This document shows positions 47,708 through 56,842 of a stretch of DNA of 64,000 bases, piece after piece; positions within the stretch are counted from its first letter, which is position 1, and every line of letters starts with the position of its first letter. The stretch covers positions 64,063-128,062 of the forward strand of contig SICL01000002.1 of assembly GCA_009691445.1 (NCBI GenBank), read 5' to 3'. A program made the position numbers and the translations under genes. The stretch is from Candidatus Taenariivivens baikalensis. Its GTDB lineage: Bacteria > Omnitrophota > Omnitrophia > Omnitrophales > Aquincolibacteriaceae. The notes under the pieces were generated by a model. It searched no databases. It saw nothing but the letters and a program-made list of their open reading frames with translations, and was not told the DNA's origin.

Positions 47708-48530
47708 TTGAATTTTCCTCAAGTATAGTGGCCGCAGAAAAATTGTCGTAAAGTTTCTCAATTTGAAGCGCACCTGAGGGCTTGCCGTCACGCTTGACGA
47801 TATATTTATCACCAATTTTAGTCCCATCCTCCGTGCCGACATTAATTACGACAAATTTAAATTGACGGTTGACCGTCAATACCCTTTGCTTTCCCACCGC
47901 CGGAGGCATGACAGGACCCGCAACAGGAGTTCCGGCCGTAATTGCAGTCTTAATCTCTTGAACTTGTGGCACGGCCGTCATCACAGGCGAAAGAGCAGGA
48001 AGTACGACCGGAGGCAAAACAGGGGCAGGCGCCAATACTTTTTCTTCCAGCATTTTTAATTTCTTCTGAAGATCAGCGATCTCCAAGCGTCGTTTTTCAA
48101 TACCCCGTTGAATCTCATTACGGGCGACATCATCGCGGTGTTGAGCCTGAGCGAACAGATCGCGAAACTGGGTCTCAAGTATTTTTTGTTCCTCAACCGC
48201 CGACTCCAGCGCTGCCGTACGTTCGCTTAAAGCAACGTGGGAAGATTCCAAAGCCTTACGCTGCTTGGTCTCTAAAAGTAATGATTCATGAAGATAAATG
48301 ACGCCTACAATTGCTGCCACACCAAGAGTAATGGCGGAAAAAATTGAGAATTTTATTCCCGTCAGCTTTGGTTTAATAATCGTAGGAGCGGAGGTTGTGG
48401 GAATCAGCGCCACAAGATCTTTTTCGAGTCTAAGATCGGCTTCGGTAAGCTGCGTATAAATCGAGGACATGGGAAGCACCCCCCTTTTTTGATCAAGATT
48501 TGTTTCAGGTCGTAAGGATTTGAGTGCCAC
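47664..48530 (-). CDS. Membrane-anchored coiled-coil protein with C-terminal FlgT-C-like beta domain
   Basis: One TM helix, coiled coil, Pro-rich linker, VN..FKFVVINVG..DG...GD. Confidence 0.65.
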   Translation of the reverse strand: MALKSLRPETNLDQKRGVLPMSSIYTQLTEADLRLEKDLVALIPTTSAPTIIKPKLTGIKFSIFSAITLGVAAIVGVIYLHESLLLETKQRKALESSHVALSERTAALESAVEEQKILETQFRDLFAQAQHRDDVARNEIQRGIEKRRLEIADLQKKLKMLEEKVLAPAPVLPPVVLPALSPVMTAVPQVQEIKTAITAGTPVAGPVMPPAVGKQRVLTVNRQFKFVVINVGTEDGTKIGDKYIVKRDGKPSGALQIEKLYDNFSAATILEENSNAPIEVGDSITKAA

Positions 48531-48564
48531 TGTTATGACTCCACGATTTTTTTCATTCTATCAC

Positions 48565-48603
48565 AAAAAAAAAGGAGCAGTCAAGTGATGCTTGACTGCT
48601 CCT
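48565..48603 (-). terminator. Intrinsic terminator after SWIB gene
   Basis: AGGAGCAGTCAAG-catca-CTTGACTGCTCCT followed by a T-run. Confidence 0.85.
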
Positions 48604-48618
48604 GAAAAAATCCTTCAA

Positions 48619-48873
48619 TTAAGAAAGATGCTTGGCGACCAATTTGTTCATTTCAAACATGCTGACACAGGCTTTGCCACTAAAAACAGCTTTAAGCTTG
48701 TCATCGGCATTGATATTACGCCTATTTTTGTCATCTTGAAGTTTATGCTTCTTGATATATTCCCAAAGCTTCTTGACCACCTCGGATCGGGGAATGGGGC
48801 CGGCGCCAATCACGGCTGCGAGTTCGGAACTAAGCTTTAAAGGTTTCATGAATGCTGAATTTGCCTTTGCCAT
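48619..48873 (-). CDS. Stand-alone SWIB/MDM2 domain protein
   Basis: S.ELAAVIG..P.PRSEVVKKLWEYIKKH.LQD..N.R.I.AD.KL. Confidence 0.92.
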   Translation of the reverse strand: MAKANSAFMKPLKLSSELAAVIGAGPIPRSEVVKKLWEYIKKHKLQDDKNRRNINADDKLKAVFSGKACVSMFEMNKLVAKHLS

Positions 48874-48922
48874 GATTTCTATCTCCTTGTGAGTTATTTT
48901 TGGATTGCAAATTGATGCTGAA

Positions 48923-48951
48923 GTTATACAAGACTCTTCCTTTATCGTCAA
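48923..48951 (-). promoter_or_regulatory. sigma70-type promoter of SWIB gene
   Basis: TTGACG-17 nt-TATAAC. Confidence 0.65.
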
Positions 48952-49084
48952 GCGCTTCGATTTCTTTAAACTCAAGACGATTCTCAGCCACCTTCCATTG
49001 CGCTGTCAAACATTGAATGAAAATATTCAACATGACTCAGGAGAGGATACGACCGTCGATGAAAACCGTCTCTGCTGCCACGTC

Positions 49085-49540
49085 CTACTTCTTAACGATC
49101 AATGATTTGAGCTCCTTCATGAAATGCCCAATGTCCTGGAATTCCCGATAGACGCTGGCAAATCGCACATAAGCCACCTGATCAATTGAAGCGAGACGTT
49201 CCATGATCATTTCACCGACAAAAGCTGTGGGTACTTCTTTGTCGTATTTTTCCCGAATAGACCGTTCCACGTAATCCACAATCCCCTCTTGCAATTCCGA
49301 AGATACCGGACGTTTTTCACACGCTTTTCGAATTCCAGCAAGCACCTTGGAACGGTCAAAAACTTCCCGGCGGCGGTCCTTCTTAATAATGTAGAGGGGA
49401 ATTTCCTCCACCCGCTCGTAAGTCGTATAGCGCTTACTGCAAGCTTCGCATTCCCGGCGGCGGCGGACGACAACTCCATCATTAGCGGCACGGGAATCTA
49501 CAACCTTATCATTTTCTTCTTTGCAAAAGGGACAGCGCAT
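49085..49540 (-). CDS. nrdR: Transcriptional repressor NrdR
   Basis: MRCPFC, VVDSR, RRRRECEAC, ATP cone, AYVRFASVY. Confidence 0.97.
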   Translation of the reverse strand: MRCPFCKEENDKVVDSRAANDGVVVRRRRECEACSKRYTTYERVEEIPLYIIKKDRRREVFDRSKVLAGIRKACEKRPVSSELQEGIVDYVERSIREKYDKEVPTAFVGEMIMERLASIDQVAYVRFASVYREFQDIGHFMKELKSLIVKK

Positions 49541-49550
49541 ATAAATTCAA

Positions 49551-49630
49551 CGATAGAAAAGAGAAGAAGGAAGATAGAAGCAAAAACTTCTCTTTTTCTT
49601 TCTTCCCTCTCCCATCTTCTATCTTCCTTC
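49551..49630. repeat. Inverted 7-mer arrays between glyA and nrdR
   Basis: gatagaaaagagaagaaggaagatagaag ... cttctc..ccatcttctatcttcc. Confidence 0.7.
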
Positions 49631-50899
49631 TGATCCCGTTAGTTCCGGATAAAGCGGAAACTTTCTCGTAAGTTCAGCAACCCTTTGCCGAACCTTCGTC
49701 AAGCTTGATTCATCTTTAGGATTTTGAATGGCATTATGAATGCAGTCAGCAATCACGTCCATTTCAGCCTCTCCCATACCACGAGTGGTCACAGCCGGGG
49801 TTCCCAGACGAATCCCCGATCCCTTGAACGGAGAAAGTTTATCAAATGGAATCATGTTTTTATTCACCGTAATGTGGACCTTGTCGAGCAGATCCTGAAC
49901 TTCTTTTCCATTCGTGTTTTGCCCTGTCACATCGACTAGGAGGAGATGATTATCGGTGCCACCAGAGACAATTCGATAGCTTCGTTCAGCCATCGCCTTG
50001 GCAAGAGCTTTGGCATTTTTGATAATCTGACCAGAATAAGTTTTGAATTCGTCACTCATCGCTTCCTTAAGAGCCACTGCTTTGGCTGCAATCACATGCA
50101 TCAAAGGGCCGCCCTGGCAGCCCGGGAAAACGGCCGAATCAATGGCTTTAGCATACTGTTCGCGGCATAAAATTAACCCCGCGCGAGGACCACGAAGTGT
50201 TTTGTGGGTGGTTGTGGTCACAATATCCGCATAAGGAACTGGACTCGGATGATGACCGGAAGCCACAAGACCGGCAAAATGCGCCATATCCACCATAAGA
50301 ATCGCACCCGTTTTATCTGCGATCTCACGCCCGCGTTTAAAATCAATCACACGGGGATAAGCGGAGGCACCAAGCAAAACCATCTTGGGTTTATGTTCGA
50401 GTGCAAGCTTTTCAAGTTGATCATAATCAATACGTTCATCTTTAGGACTGACACCGTACGGGATAATCTCAAAATATTTCCCGGAAAAATTCATTTTGTG
50501 GCCGTGAGAGAGATGGCCTCCGTGCGTAAGATCCATCCCTAGGATCTTCGCACCTGGCTCCAAAAGAGCCATAAAAACAGCAATATTGGCAGAGGTTCCC
50601 GAATGAGGCTGGACATTAGCGTGCTCCGCACCAAAAAGTTTTTTGGCGCGATCAATGGCAAGCTGCTCTACGGCATCCACATGCTCGCAGCCACCATACC
50701 ACCGCTTGCCCGGGTAACCTTCCGCGTACTTATTGGTCAGGACCGAGCCCATCGCCTCGAGCACAGGGATAGACGTGAAGTTTTCGCTGGCAATGAGCTC
50801 AATGTTTTCGTTCTGACGGTGCAACTCACTCTGGATCGCCTGATAAATATCAGGATCCGCTGTTTTGAGATAAGAACCGTTAACCGTGTTTTTGTTCAT
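49619..50899 (-). CDS. glyA: Serine hydroxymethyltransferase
   Basis: [33 protein letters not shown]. Confidence 0.97.
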   Translation of the reverse strand: MNKNTVNGSYLKTADPDIYQAIQSELHRQNENIELIASENFTSIPVLEAMGSVLTNKYAEGYPGKRWYGGCEHVDAVEQLAIDRAKKLFGAEHANVQPHSGTSANIAVFMALLEPGAKILGMDLTHGGHLSHGHKMNFSGKYFEIIPYGVSPKDERIDYDQLEKLALEHKPKMVLLGASAYPRVIDFKRGREIADKTGAILMVDMAHFAGLVASGHHPSPVPYADIVTTTTHKTLRGPRAGLILCREQYAKAIDSAVFPGCQGGPLMHVIAAKAVALKEAMSDEFKTYSGQIIKNAKALAKAMAERSYRIVSGGTDNHLLLVDVTGQNTNGKEVQDLLDKVHITVNKNMIPFDKLSPFKGSGIRLGTPAVTTRGMGEAEMDVIADCIHNAIQNPKDESSLTKVRQRVAELTRKFPLYPELTGSEGR

Positions 50900-51332
50900 A
50901 GGTTTTAATTTTGTTAACACGCTCTCCATGCCTTCCCCCTTCAAAAGATGTCCCAAACCAGGTTTCAAGAATCTGAGGTACGATCACTGAATCTAGAAAT
51001 CCGGAACCCAAAATCAGCATATTAGAATCATTATGCGCTCGGGAGAGTTCCGCTTCTTTAACGGTATGAACTAAAGCAGCACGCACGCCGTGAACCTTGT
51101 TAGCAGCGATGGAACTCCCAATCCCGGTATAGCAAACGCCGACGGCCTTTTCGCATTCGCCCTGACTGACCAGCTCAGCCGCCTTAAACATATAATCAGG
51201 ATAATCCGTTGAATCCGGAGAGAAGGTTCCACAATCAATAATTTCGTATTTTTTTTTCTTCAAAAAATCGAAAATCTGAGGCTTTAAATCAAATCCACGG
51301 TGGTCGCAGGCAAAGGCAACTTTCTTCGTCAT
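50880..51332 (-). CDS. rpiB: Ribose-5-phosphate isomerase B
   Basis: DHRG, DYPD, C.TGIG.SIAANK, HNDSN, FEGGRH. Confidence 0.95.
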   Translation of the reverse strand: MTKKVAFACDHRGFDLKPQIFDFLKKKKYEIIDCGTFSPDSTDYPDYMFKAAELVSQGECEKAVGVCYTGIGSSIAANKVHGVRAALVHTVKEAELSRAHNDSNMLILGSGFLDSVIVPQILETWFGTSFEGGRHGERVNKIKTYEQKHG

Positions 51333-51336
51333 TCCA

Positions 51337-52425
51337 CTACCCTTCTAAATTAGCAATCTCCGACCAGTAAGCCTTTAGTTTCTTCTCAATGCTCGCCACG
51401 ACCTGTTCGTAAATCATCATCCCCATCCCAATCGGATCCGGGATATTGAGCTGCCGAATCTTCTCCTTGGCGTGAGGCATCATGCCCTGAATAAAAAGAG
51501 TGTGTTCTTCACTCATGGTGAAAATCAGATCCGAGGTCATAATATCTTCTCGCGTACAGGGCCGGGAGCGGTGGTCAGAAAGATCAATCTCGCGATTTTT
51601 CATGACTAAAATAGCTTCCATCGTGGAGGTCGCACCCTGCCGAGCGCCAATCCCGCAGGATGCAACTTCGATTTGATCCTGAAGATTTTGAAACTTGAGT
51701 TCCTTGAGAAGCCACCGTTCTGCCATCGGCGAACGGCAGGAATTCCCTGTACACACCATCAGAACCTTTTTTTGAGGATATTTTCCCTGCTTCATCACTT
51801 CCAGAGCTGCAACAATTTTTTCAATTTCAGCTCCCTCACGCACAATCTGCGGAGGGTCCATCGTCAAATCAACCACCGTGGAATCTTTCCCGATTTCACA
51901 GGGCCCTCCATCCAGAACAAAATCGATTTGTCCGTCAAATTGATCCATCACCTGCTGAGCAGTCGTGGAAGAAGGCTGTCCATTCAAATTGGCGCTCGTT
52001 CCGAAAAAAGGGATGCCGACCGCATTGATTAAAACTGACGCAATTTGATTCCGGGGAAAACGCACACCCAACTTTTGTCCGTGCCTGTTATTCACCAGAA
52101 CGGTCAAAGGACCTGGCCAGAATTTTTTGGAAAGAAAACGAAACACAGCGGACAAAGGGATTTCGAGAACATCCAACATGCCCAAATTGCCGATATGAAA
52201 TGCAATTGGTTTATGCGGATCACGGAATTTGAGCTGGGAGAGCGTCTCCTGAAGCCTGGGAACATTGATCGGACCTCCAATGCCATAAACGGTCTCCGTT
52301 GGAAATGCAACGATTTTGCCTTCGCGGCAGCCACGACCGACTTCCCGAAGCCGCATCACGTCGGGATCCTTGGGATTCATTTTAATCAGAGACGTCGCCT
52401 TCATTTTATCCGGCATAGAATCCAC
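51337..52425 (-). CDS. tsaC: TsaC/Sua5 threonylcarbamoyl-AMP synthase fused to a low-molecular-weight phosphatase
   Basis: FPTETVYG, K.R, WPGPLT, TSAN, STVVD; then VCTGNSCRSPMAE and DPIG. Confidence 0.9.
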   Translation of the reverse strand: MDSMPDKMKATSLIKMNPKDPDVMRLREVGRGCREGKIVAFPTETVYGIGGPINVPRLQETLSQLKFRDPHKPIAFHIGNLGMLDVLEIPLSAVFRFLSKKFWPGPLTVLVNNRHGQKLGVRFPRNQIASVLINAVGIPFFGTSANLNGQPSSTTAQQVMDQFDGQIDFVLDGGPCEIGKDSTVVDLTMDPPQIVREGAEIEKIVAALEVMKQGKYPQKKVLMVCTGNSCRSPMAERWLLKELKFQNLQDQIEVASCGIGARQGATSTMEAILVMKNREIDLSDHRSRPCTREDIMTSDLIFTMSEEHTLFIQGMMPHAKEKIRQLNIPDPIGMGMMIYEQVVASIEKKLKAYWSEIANLEG

Positions 52426-52426
52426 T

Positions 52427-52924
52427 TTAGATTTTATTTAGTTTTTCGTTCTTTGCTTTGACTTCATCCGCAAGTTTGATCTTGAAAGCTAAAAGCTTCT
52501 TACGTAAATTTTCATCCGCCAACGCTAAAATCTGGATCGCTAAAATTGCGGCATTCTTCGCGCCGGACTTTCCAATGGCAACGGTCGCCACCGGAATTCC
52601 CGAAGGCATTTGCACCGTCGCAAGAAGCGCATCCAACCCATTCAATGGCGAAGAATCAATCGGAACTCCAATCACAGGAAGTATCGTGTGGGCGGCCACC
52701 ACTCCGGCTAAATGGGCCGCGCCTCCAGCCCCAGCAATAAAAACTTTAATCCCTTTTTCCGAGGCTGATGACGCATACTCGGAAACCAAATAAGGACTCC
52801 GATGTGCGCTAAGAACCTGGAGCTGATAAGAAACGCCAAACTCCTTTAAAATTTCAACCGCAGAATTCATGGTTGGAAGATCTGAATCACTTCCCATCAA
52901 AATTGCAACAAGCGGCTGGCTCAT
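52427..52924 (-). CDS. purE: N5-CAIR mutase
   Basis: MGSDSD, SAHR, AG.AAHL, VQMP.GIPVATV. Confidence 0.96.
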   Translation of the reverse strand: MSQPLVAILMGSDSDLPTMNSAVEILKEFGVSYQLQVLSAHRSPYLVSEYASSASEKGIKVFIAGAGGAAHLAGVVAAHTILPVIGVPIDSSPLNGLDALLATVQMPSGIPVATVAIGKSGAKNAAILAIQILALADENLRKKLLAFKIKLADEVKAKNEKLNKI

Positions 52925-54204
52925 CGAAATACCTCCAAAGCTCTTCGGCCAATATCACGGCGGTAAAAACAATCATTAAAATGAATCTTGGAAATGAACT
53001 GATACGCCCTGTCATGGGCAGCACGCAGATTTTCTCCCAGCGCTGAAACAGCAAGCACACGGCCGCCTGATGTGCGAAACTCTCCGCCAGAGCCTTTGAC
53101 CGTTCCCGCATGAAAAATAAAAATATTTTCTTGGGACGAAACAGACTCGATGCCACGGATTTCAAAATTCGTATCATAGTGCCCGGGGTAGCCGCCCGAA
53201 GCCATCACAATCGCAATGCATGCTTGATCATGCCATTCCAATGTTTCAGTCTCAAGCTTGCCACAAGCAATCTGATAAAGCACGGGCAGAAGATCAGATT
53301 TCAGGCGCGGCAGTACAACCTCCGCTTCCGGATCTCCAAAACGGCAATTATATTCCAGCACAATCGGCCCCGCATCTTTTGTGAGCATAATGCCCGCGTA
53401 AAGCAAACCGCGGTAGGGGATTCCTTCCTTGGCCATTCCCTGAACCATCGGTTTAATTGCGAGATCAATAATTTCCCGAAATTTCTCATCGGAAACTAGA
53501 GGGCAGGGTGAATAAGCGCCCATTCCGCCGGTATTGGGACCGCGATCATTATCGTAAGCACGCTTATGATCCTGAGAGGTTGCGAGAGGAATAATTTTCT
53601 CTCCGTCGGTAAGCGCAAGAATAGAAAGCTCCTCCCCTTCCATTTTTCGCTCAATCACAACTGTTTTCCCAGCATCACCAAAGGATTCACCAGACATCAT
53701 TTCCGTCAGAGCGGTGACCGCTTCCTGGGACGTATCACAAATCTTCACACCTTTTCCCTGGGCAAGTCCGTCGGCTTTAATGACAATGGGAAGATCCGCT
53801 TCAATAACATAACGCTTGGCTTCGTCAATGTGGCTGAAGACGTCAAACGGTGCTGTAGGGATTCCATATTTTTCCATTTTGAGTTTGGAAAAGACCTTAC
53901 TTCCTTCAAGCCGGGCAGCCTTTTGATTGGGGCCAAAAATCTTAAGACCTTCAGCCTCAAACGCATCCACAATACCGGCCACAAGCGGGGCTTCAGGACC
54001 CACAATTGTTAAATCAATCGATTCTTTCTTCGCAAAGGCAAGAAGCTCCTGAATATTGTCTGCTTTAATTTCTAAACATTCGGCAAGTTGGGAAATTCCA
54101 GAATTTCCCGGAGCGGCGTAGAGTTTTTTAAGTTGAGGACTCTGGCTAATTTTTTGAGCGAGCGCATGTTCACGAGCGCCGCTTCCTATTAATAAGACTT
54201 TCAT
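52921..54204 (-). CDS. purD: Phosphoribosylamine-glycine ligase
   Basis: GSGAREHA, LEGSK, KADGLA.GKGV, QDHKR, NTGGMG, RFGDPE. Confidence 0.97.
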   Translation of the reverse strand: MKVLLIGSGAREHALAQKISQSPQLKKLYAAPGNSGISQLAECLEIKADNIQELLAFAKKESIDLTIVGPEAPLVAGIVDAFEAEGLKIFGPNQKAARLEGSKVFSKLKMEKYGIPTAPFDVFSHIDEAKRYVIEADLPIVIKADGLAQGKGVKICDTSQEAVTALTEMMSGESFGDAGKTVVIERKMEGEELSILALTDGEKIIPLATSQDHKRAYDNDRGPNTGGMGAYSPCPLVSDEKFREIIDLAIKPMVQGMAKEGIPYRGLLYAGIMLTKDAGPIVLEYNCRFGDPEAEVVLPRLKSDLLPVLYQIACGKLETETLEWHDQACIAIVMASGGYPGHYDTNFEIRGIESVSSQENIFIFHAGTVKGSGGEFRTSGGRVLAVSALGENLRAAHDRAYQFISKIHFNDCFYRRDIGRRALEVFR

Positions 54205-54227
54205 CGGCCTAACTCCCTATCAATTCT

Positions 54228-54328
54228 GAGATCGTTCACTCTGTTCAGGATGACACACATTGCCAGATTGCTTCGCTTCGCTCGCAATGACGTCATTGGG
54301 AGAAGTCCGCAGACGACGAAGCCATCTA
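54228..54328. repeat. Composite permuted REP-like element
   Basis: gagatcgttcactctgttcaggatgac...agattgcttcgcttcgctcgcaatgacgtcattgggag..gacgaagccatct. Confidence 0.8.
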
Positions 54329-55357
54329 TCCAACAATCACTTTAGATTTCGACTCTGCCTTCACGATCTCACCCATTATCCACGACTGGATCTTCATGGC
54401 TTGGAGAACGCTTTGCGTTTTCTTCACCCACTTGGGTTTGACGATTAAAATCATCCCCACGCCAAGATTGAAGGTGCGCATCATTTCGAAGTCCGTTATG
54501 TTACCAGAATCGCGGACCAAATCAAAGATCTTCGGTTTCTCCCAGGATCCCGATAGGATACGAGCCGCAAGACCATCCGGAATAACACGCGGAAGATTAT
54601 CAATAAATCCCCCGCCCGTAATATTAACAATTCCCTCCAGCGGGACAACTTTCAAAAGTTTCAAAATCGGCTTCACATAAATCCGGGTTGGAATTAAAAG
54701 TATCCTGCCAATATCTCCAGCCAGTTCCACGGAATTAAAAATCCGTCGAAGGAGTGAGTAACCATTCGAATGAAATCCCGAAGAAGCCAGACCAATCAAT
54801 TGATCACCCTTGTCGATCGTTTTTCCGGTAACAACTTTTTTACGATCCACCACTCCCACGGAAAATCCGGCAAGATCATACTGAGGATCACCACTCGGCA
54901 TTGACTCACAATAAAAACCTGGCATCACCGCAGTTTCTCCGCCCACGAGCGCACACTCAGCCTGCTTGCAGCCTTGCGCAATTCCTTTTAAGACTTCCAC
55001 AGTAACCTTCTGATTAAATTTGCCCGTTGCAAAATAATCCAGGAAAAAAAGTGGTTGGGCACCTGTACAGATCAAATCATTGACGCACATCGCCACAAGA
55101 TCAATCCCGATTGTGTCGTGCTTTTTCTGAAGATGAGCAATTTCAAGTTTGGTTCCGACACCGTCCGTGGAAGAAACAAGAAGAGGATCACGAACGCCGG
55201 TTTTTTTGAGATCAAAAAGCGAGGCGAACCCAGTGGGATTTCCCGTCACGCCGGGCCGGTGAGTGGATCGGATCAGTTTTACAATTTCTCGGTTGTAGCC
55301 TGGATCCCCTTTCAAGTGCGGAACTCCGGCGTCTTCATAGGTCAAATTCTTTGGCAT
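54326..55357 (-). CDS. purM: AIR synthetase
   Basis: Y.DAGV, TDGVGTK, DLVAMCVND, GGETA, SSGFHSNGYSL, TFN.G.GM. Confidence 0.96.
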   Translation of the reverse strand: MPKNLTYEDAGVPHLKGDPGYNREIVKLIRSTHRPGVTGNPTGFASLFDLKKTGVRDPLLVSSTDGVGTKLEIAHLQKKHDTIGIDLVAMCVNDLICTGAQPLFFLDYFATGKFNQKVTVEVLKGIAQGCKQAECALVGGETAVMPGFYCESMPSGDPQYDLAGFSVGVVDRKKVVTGKTIDKGDQLIGLASSGFHSNGYSLLRRIFNSVELAGDIGRILLIPTRIYVKPILKLLKVVPLEGIVNITGGGFIDNLPRVIPDGLAARILSGSWEKPKIFDLVRDSGNITDFEMMRTFNLGVGMILIVKPKWVKKTQSVLQAMKIQSWIMGEIVKAESKSKVIVG

Positions 55358-55374
55358 AAAACCTTAATCAAATT

Positions 55375-55432
55375 GCCATTCTGAACGAAGTGAAGACTCT
55401 CCAGAGAGATCCTTCGCTTCGCTCAGGATGAC
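55375..55432. repeat. REP-like palindrome without inner insert
   Basis: gccattctgaacgaagtgaagactctc..gagatccttcgcttcgctcaggatgac. Confidence 0.85.
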
Positions 55433-55438
55433 ACGCAT

Positions 55439-56842
55439 TTAACACTTTTCTAATTTAAATTTATCGACCGCGTCAAAAATCAGGGTCGGATATTTTCCCG
55501 TAAAACAGGCCGCACAAAACTTGCCGGCGCCCTGCGATGTAGCCGCAAACATACCTTCCAAACTTAAATAACCGACACTATCGACATCCAAAAATCCTTT
55601 AATTTCTTCGATCGTCTTGTTAAAGGCGATCAATTCGCCTTTGGAAGGAAAATCAATCCCGTAAAAACATGGGGAAACATGCGGTGGACAGCTGATGCGC
55701 ATATGCACTTCCTTGGCTCCGGCCTTGCGCAAAAGTTTGATGCGCGACTTGGCGGTATTACCACGCACGATGGAATCATCCACCACAATCACGCGTTTAC
55801 CTTCAATAATTTCCCGGATAGGATTCAGTTTAATCTTCACCTTTAAAGAACGCGCCGATTCTGTCGGATTAATAAACGTCCTTCCAATATAGTGGTTGCG
55901 GGTAAAACCATGCGCGAGTGCAATCCCCGACTCTTTGGCGTAACCCATCGCCGCAAAATTTCCGGAATCAGGAACAGGGATCACAATATCGGCTTTGACT
56001 GGATGTTCCTTGGCAAGATTACGTCCCATGCGCTCGCGAACCGTCGCCACATTGTCCTTGAAAATAGTAGAATCCGGACGGGCAAAATACACGTGTTCAA
56101 AAATACACTGCGAAACTTGGTGCGTTTCTTTTTCAAAGGGAAAATAACTGCGCGGCCCGTCATCATCAATGACAAGCATTTCCCCAGGTTGAAGCTCGCG
56201 GATAAAATCGGCTTCAATTAAGTCAAAGGCACAGGTCTCGGAAGCAATGACATATCCTTTCCCCAGCTTGGCAAAACATAGCGGACGAAAACCATGCGGA
56301 TCCCGAAGTGCGATAATTTGTTTAGGATTCATGAGGACCACACTGAAGGCTCCGACCACTCGTTTGATGGAATGAAAGACAGCTTCCTCCAGTTTCGAGT
56401 ACTGGGACTTGGCGATCAAGTGGACAAAGATTTCAGAATCCATCGTGGTTGAAAAAACAGAACCTTCGGATTCAAGTTCTCGGCGCAGAAGCTGCGTATT
56501 CACCAGATTACCGTTATGCGCCACCGCCACTTCACCGTGCGAATAAGAAACTTTGTAGGGCTGGGCATTCATCACCGTCGAAGAACCGGTCGTGGAATAA
56601 CGCACATGACCGATCGCCCTATCCCCCGGAAGCTGGCTCATATCATTTTCTTTAAAAACTTCGCCGACCAGCCCTTTATCTTTATGCAGGAAAAGTTTAT
56701 CGCCGGTGCTCGTGCAAATGCCGGCAGCTTCCTCGCCCCGATGCTGAAGGGAAAAAAGGCCAAGATAAGTAATGCGAGCCGCTTCCGGACAATTGAAAAT
56801 TCCGAAAATCCCGCAATGATGTTTGATGTTTTCGCCGCTCAT
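55439..56842 (-). CDS. purF: Amidophosphoribosyltransferase
   Basis: Propeptide then CGIFG, LQHRG, GHVRYST, HNGN, VDDSIVRG, Fe-S cysteines. Confidence 0.97.
   Translation of the reverse strand: MSGENIKHHCGIFGIFNCPEAARITYLGLFSLQHRGEEAAGICTSTGDKLFLHKDKGLVGEVFKENDMSQLPGDRAIGHVRYSTTGSSTVMNAQPYKVSYSHGEVAVAHNGNLVNTQLLRRELESEGSVFSTTMDSEIFVHLIAKSQYSKLEEAVFHSIKRVVGAFSVVLMNPKQIIALRDPHGFRPLCFAKLGKGYVIASETCAFDLIEADFIRELQPGEMLVIDDDGPRSYFPFEKETHQVSQCIFEHVYFARPDSTIFKDNVATVRERMGRNLAKEHPVKADIVIPVPDSGNFAAMGYAKESGIALAHGFTRNHYIGRTFINPTESARSLKVKIKLNPIREIIEGKRVIVVDDSIVRGNTAKSRIKLLRKAGAKEVHMRISCPPHVSPCFYGIDFPSKGELIAFNKTIEEIKGFLDVDSVGYLSLEGMFAATSQGAGKFCAACFTGKYPTLIFDAVDKFKLEKC

Noticed and set aside
28813-55432. 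Repeated palindromes as a CRISPR array
   Set aside because: Copies are dispersed and divergent, not regularly spaced, and no cas genes are present
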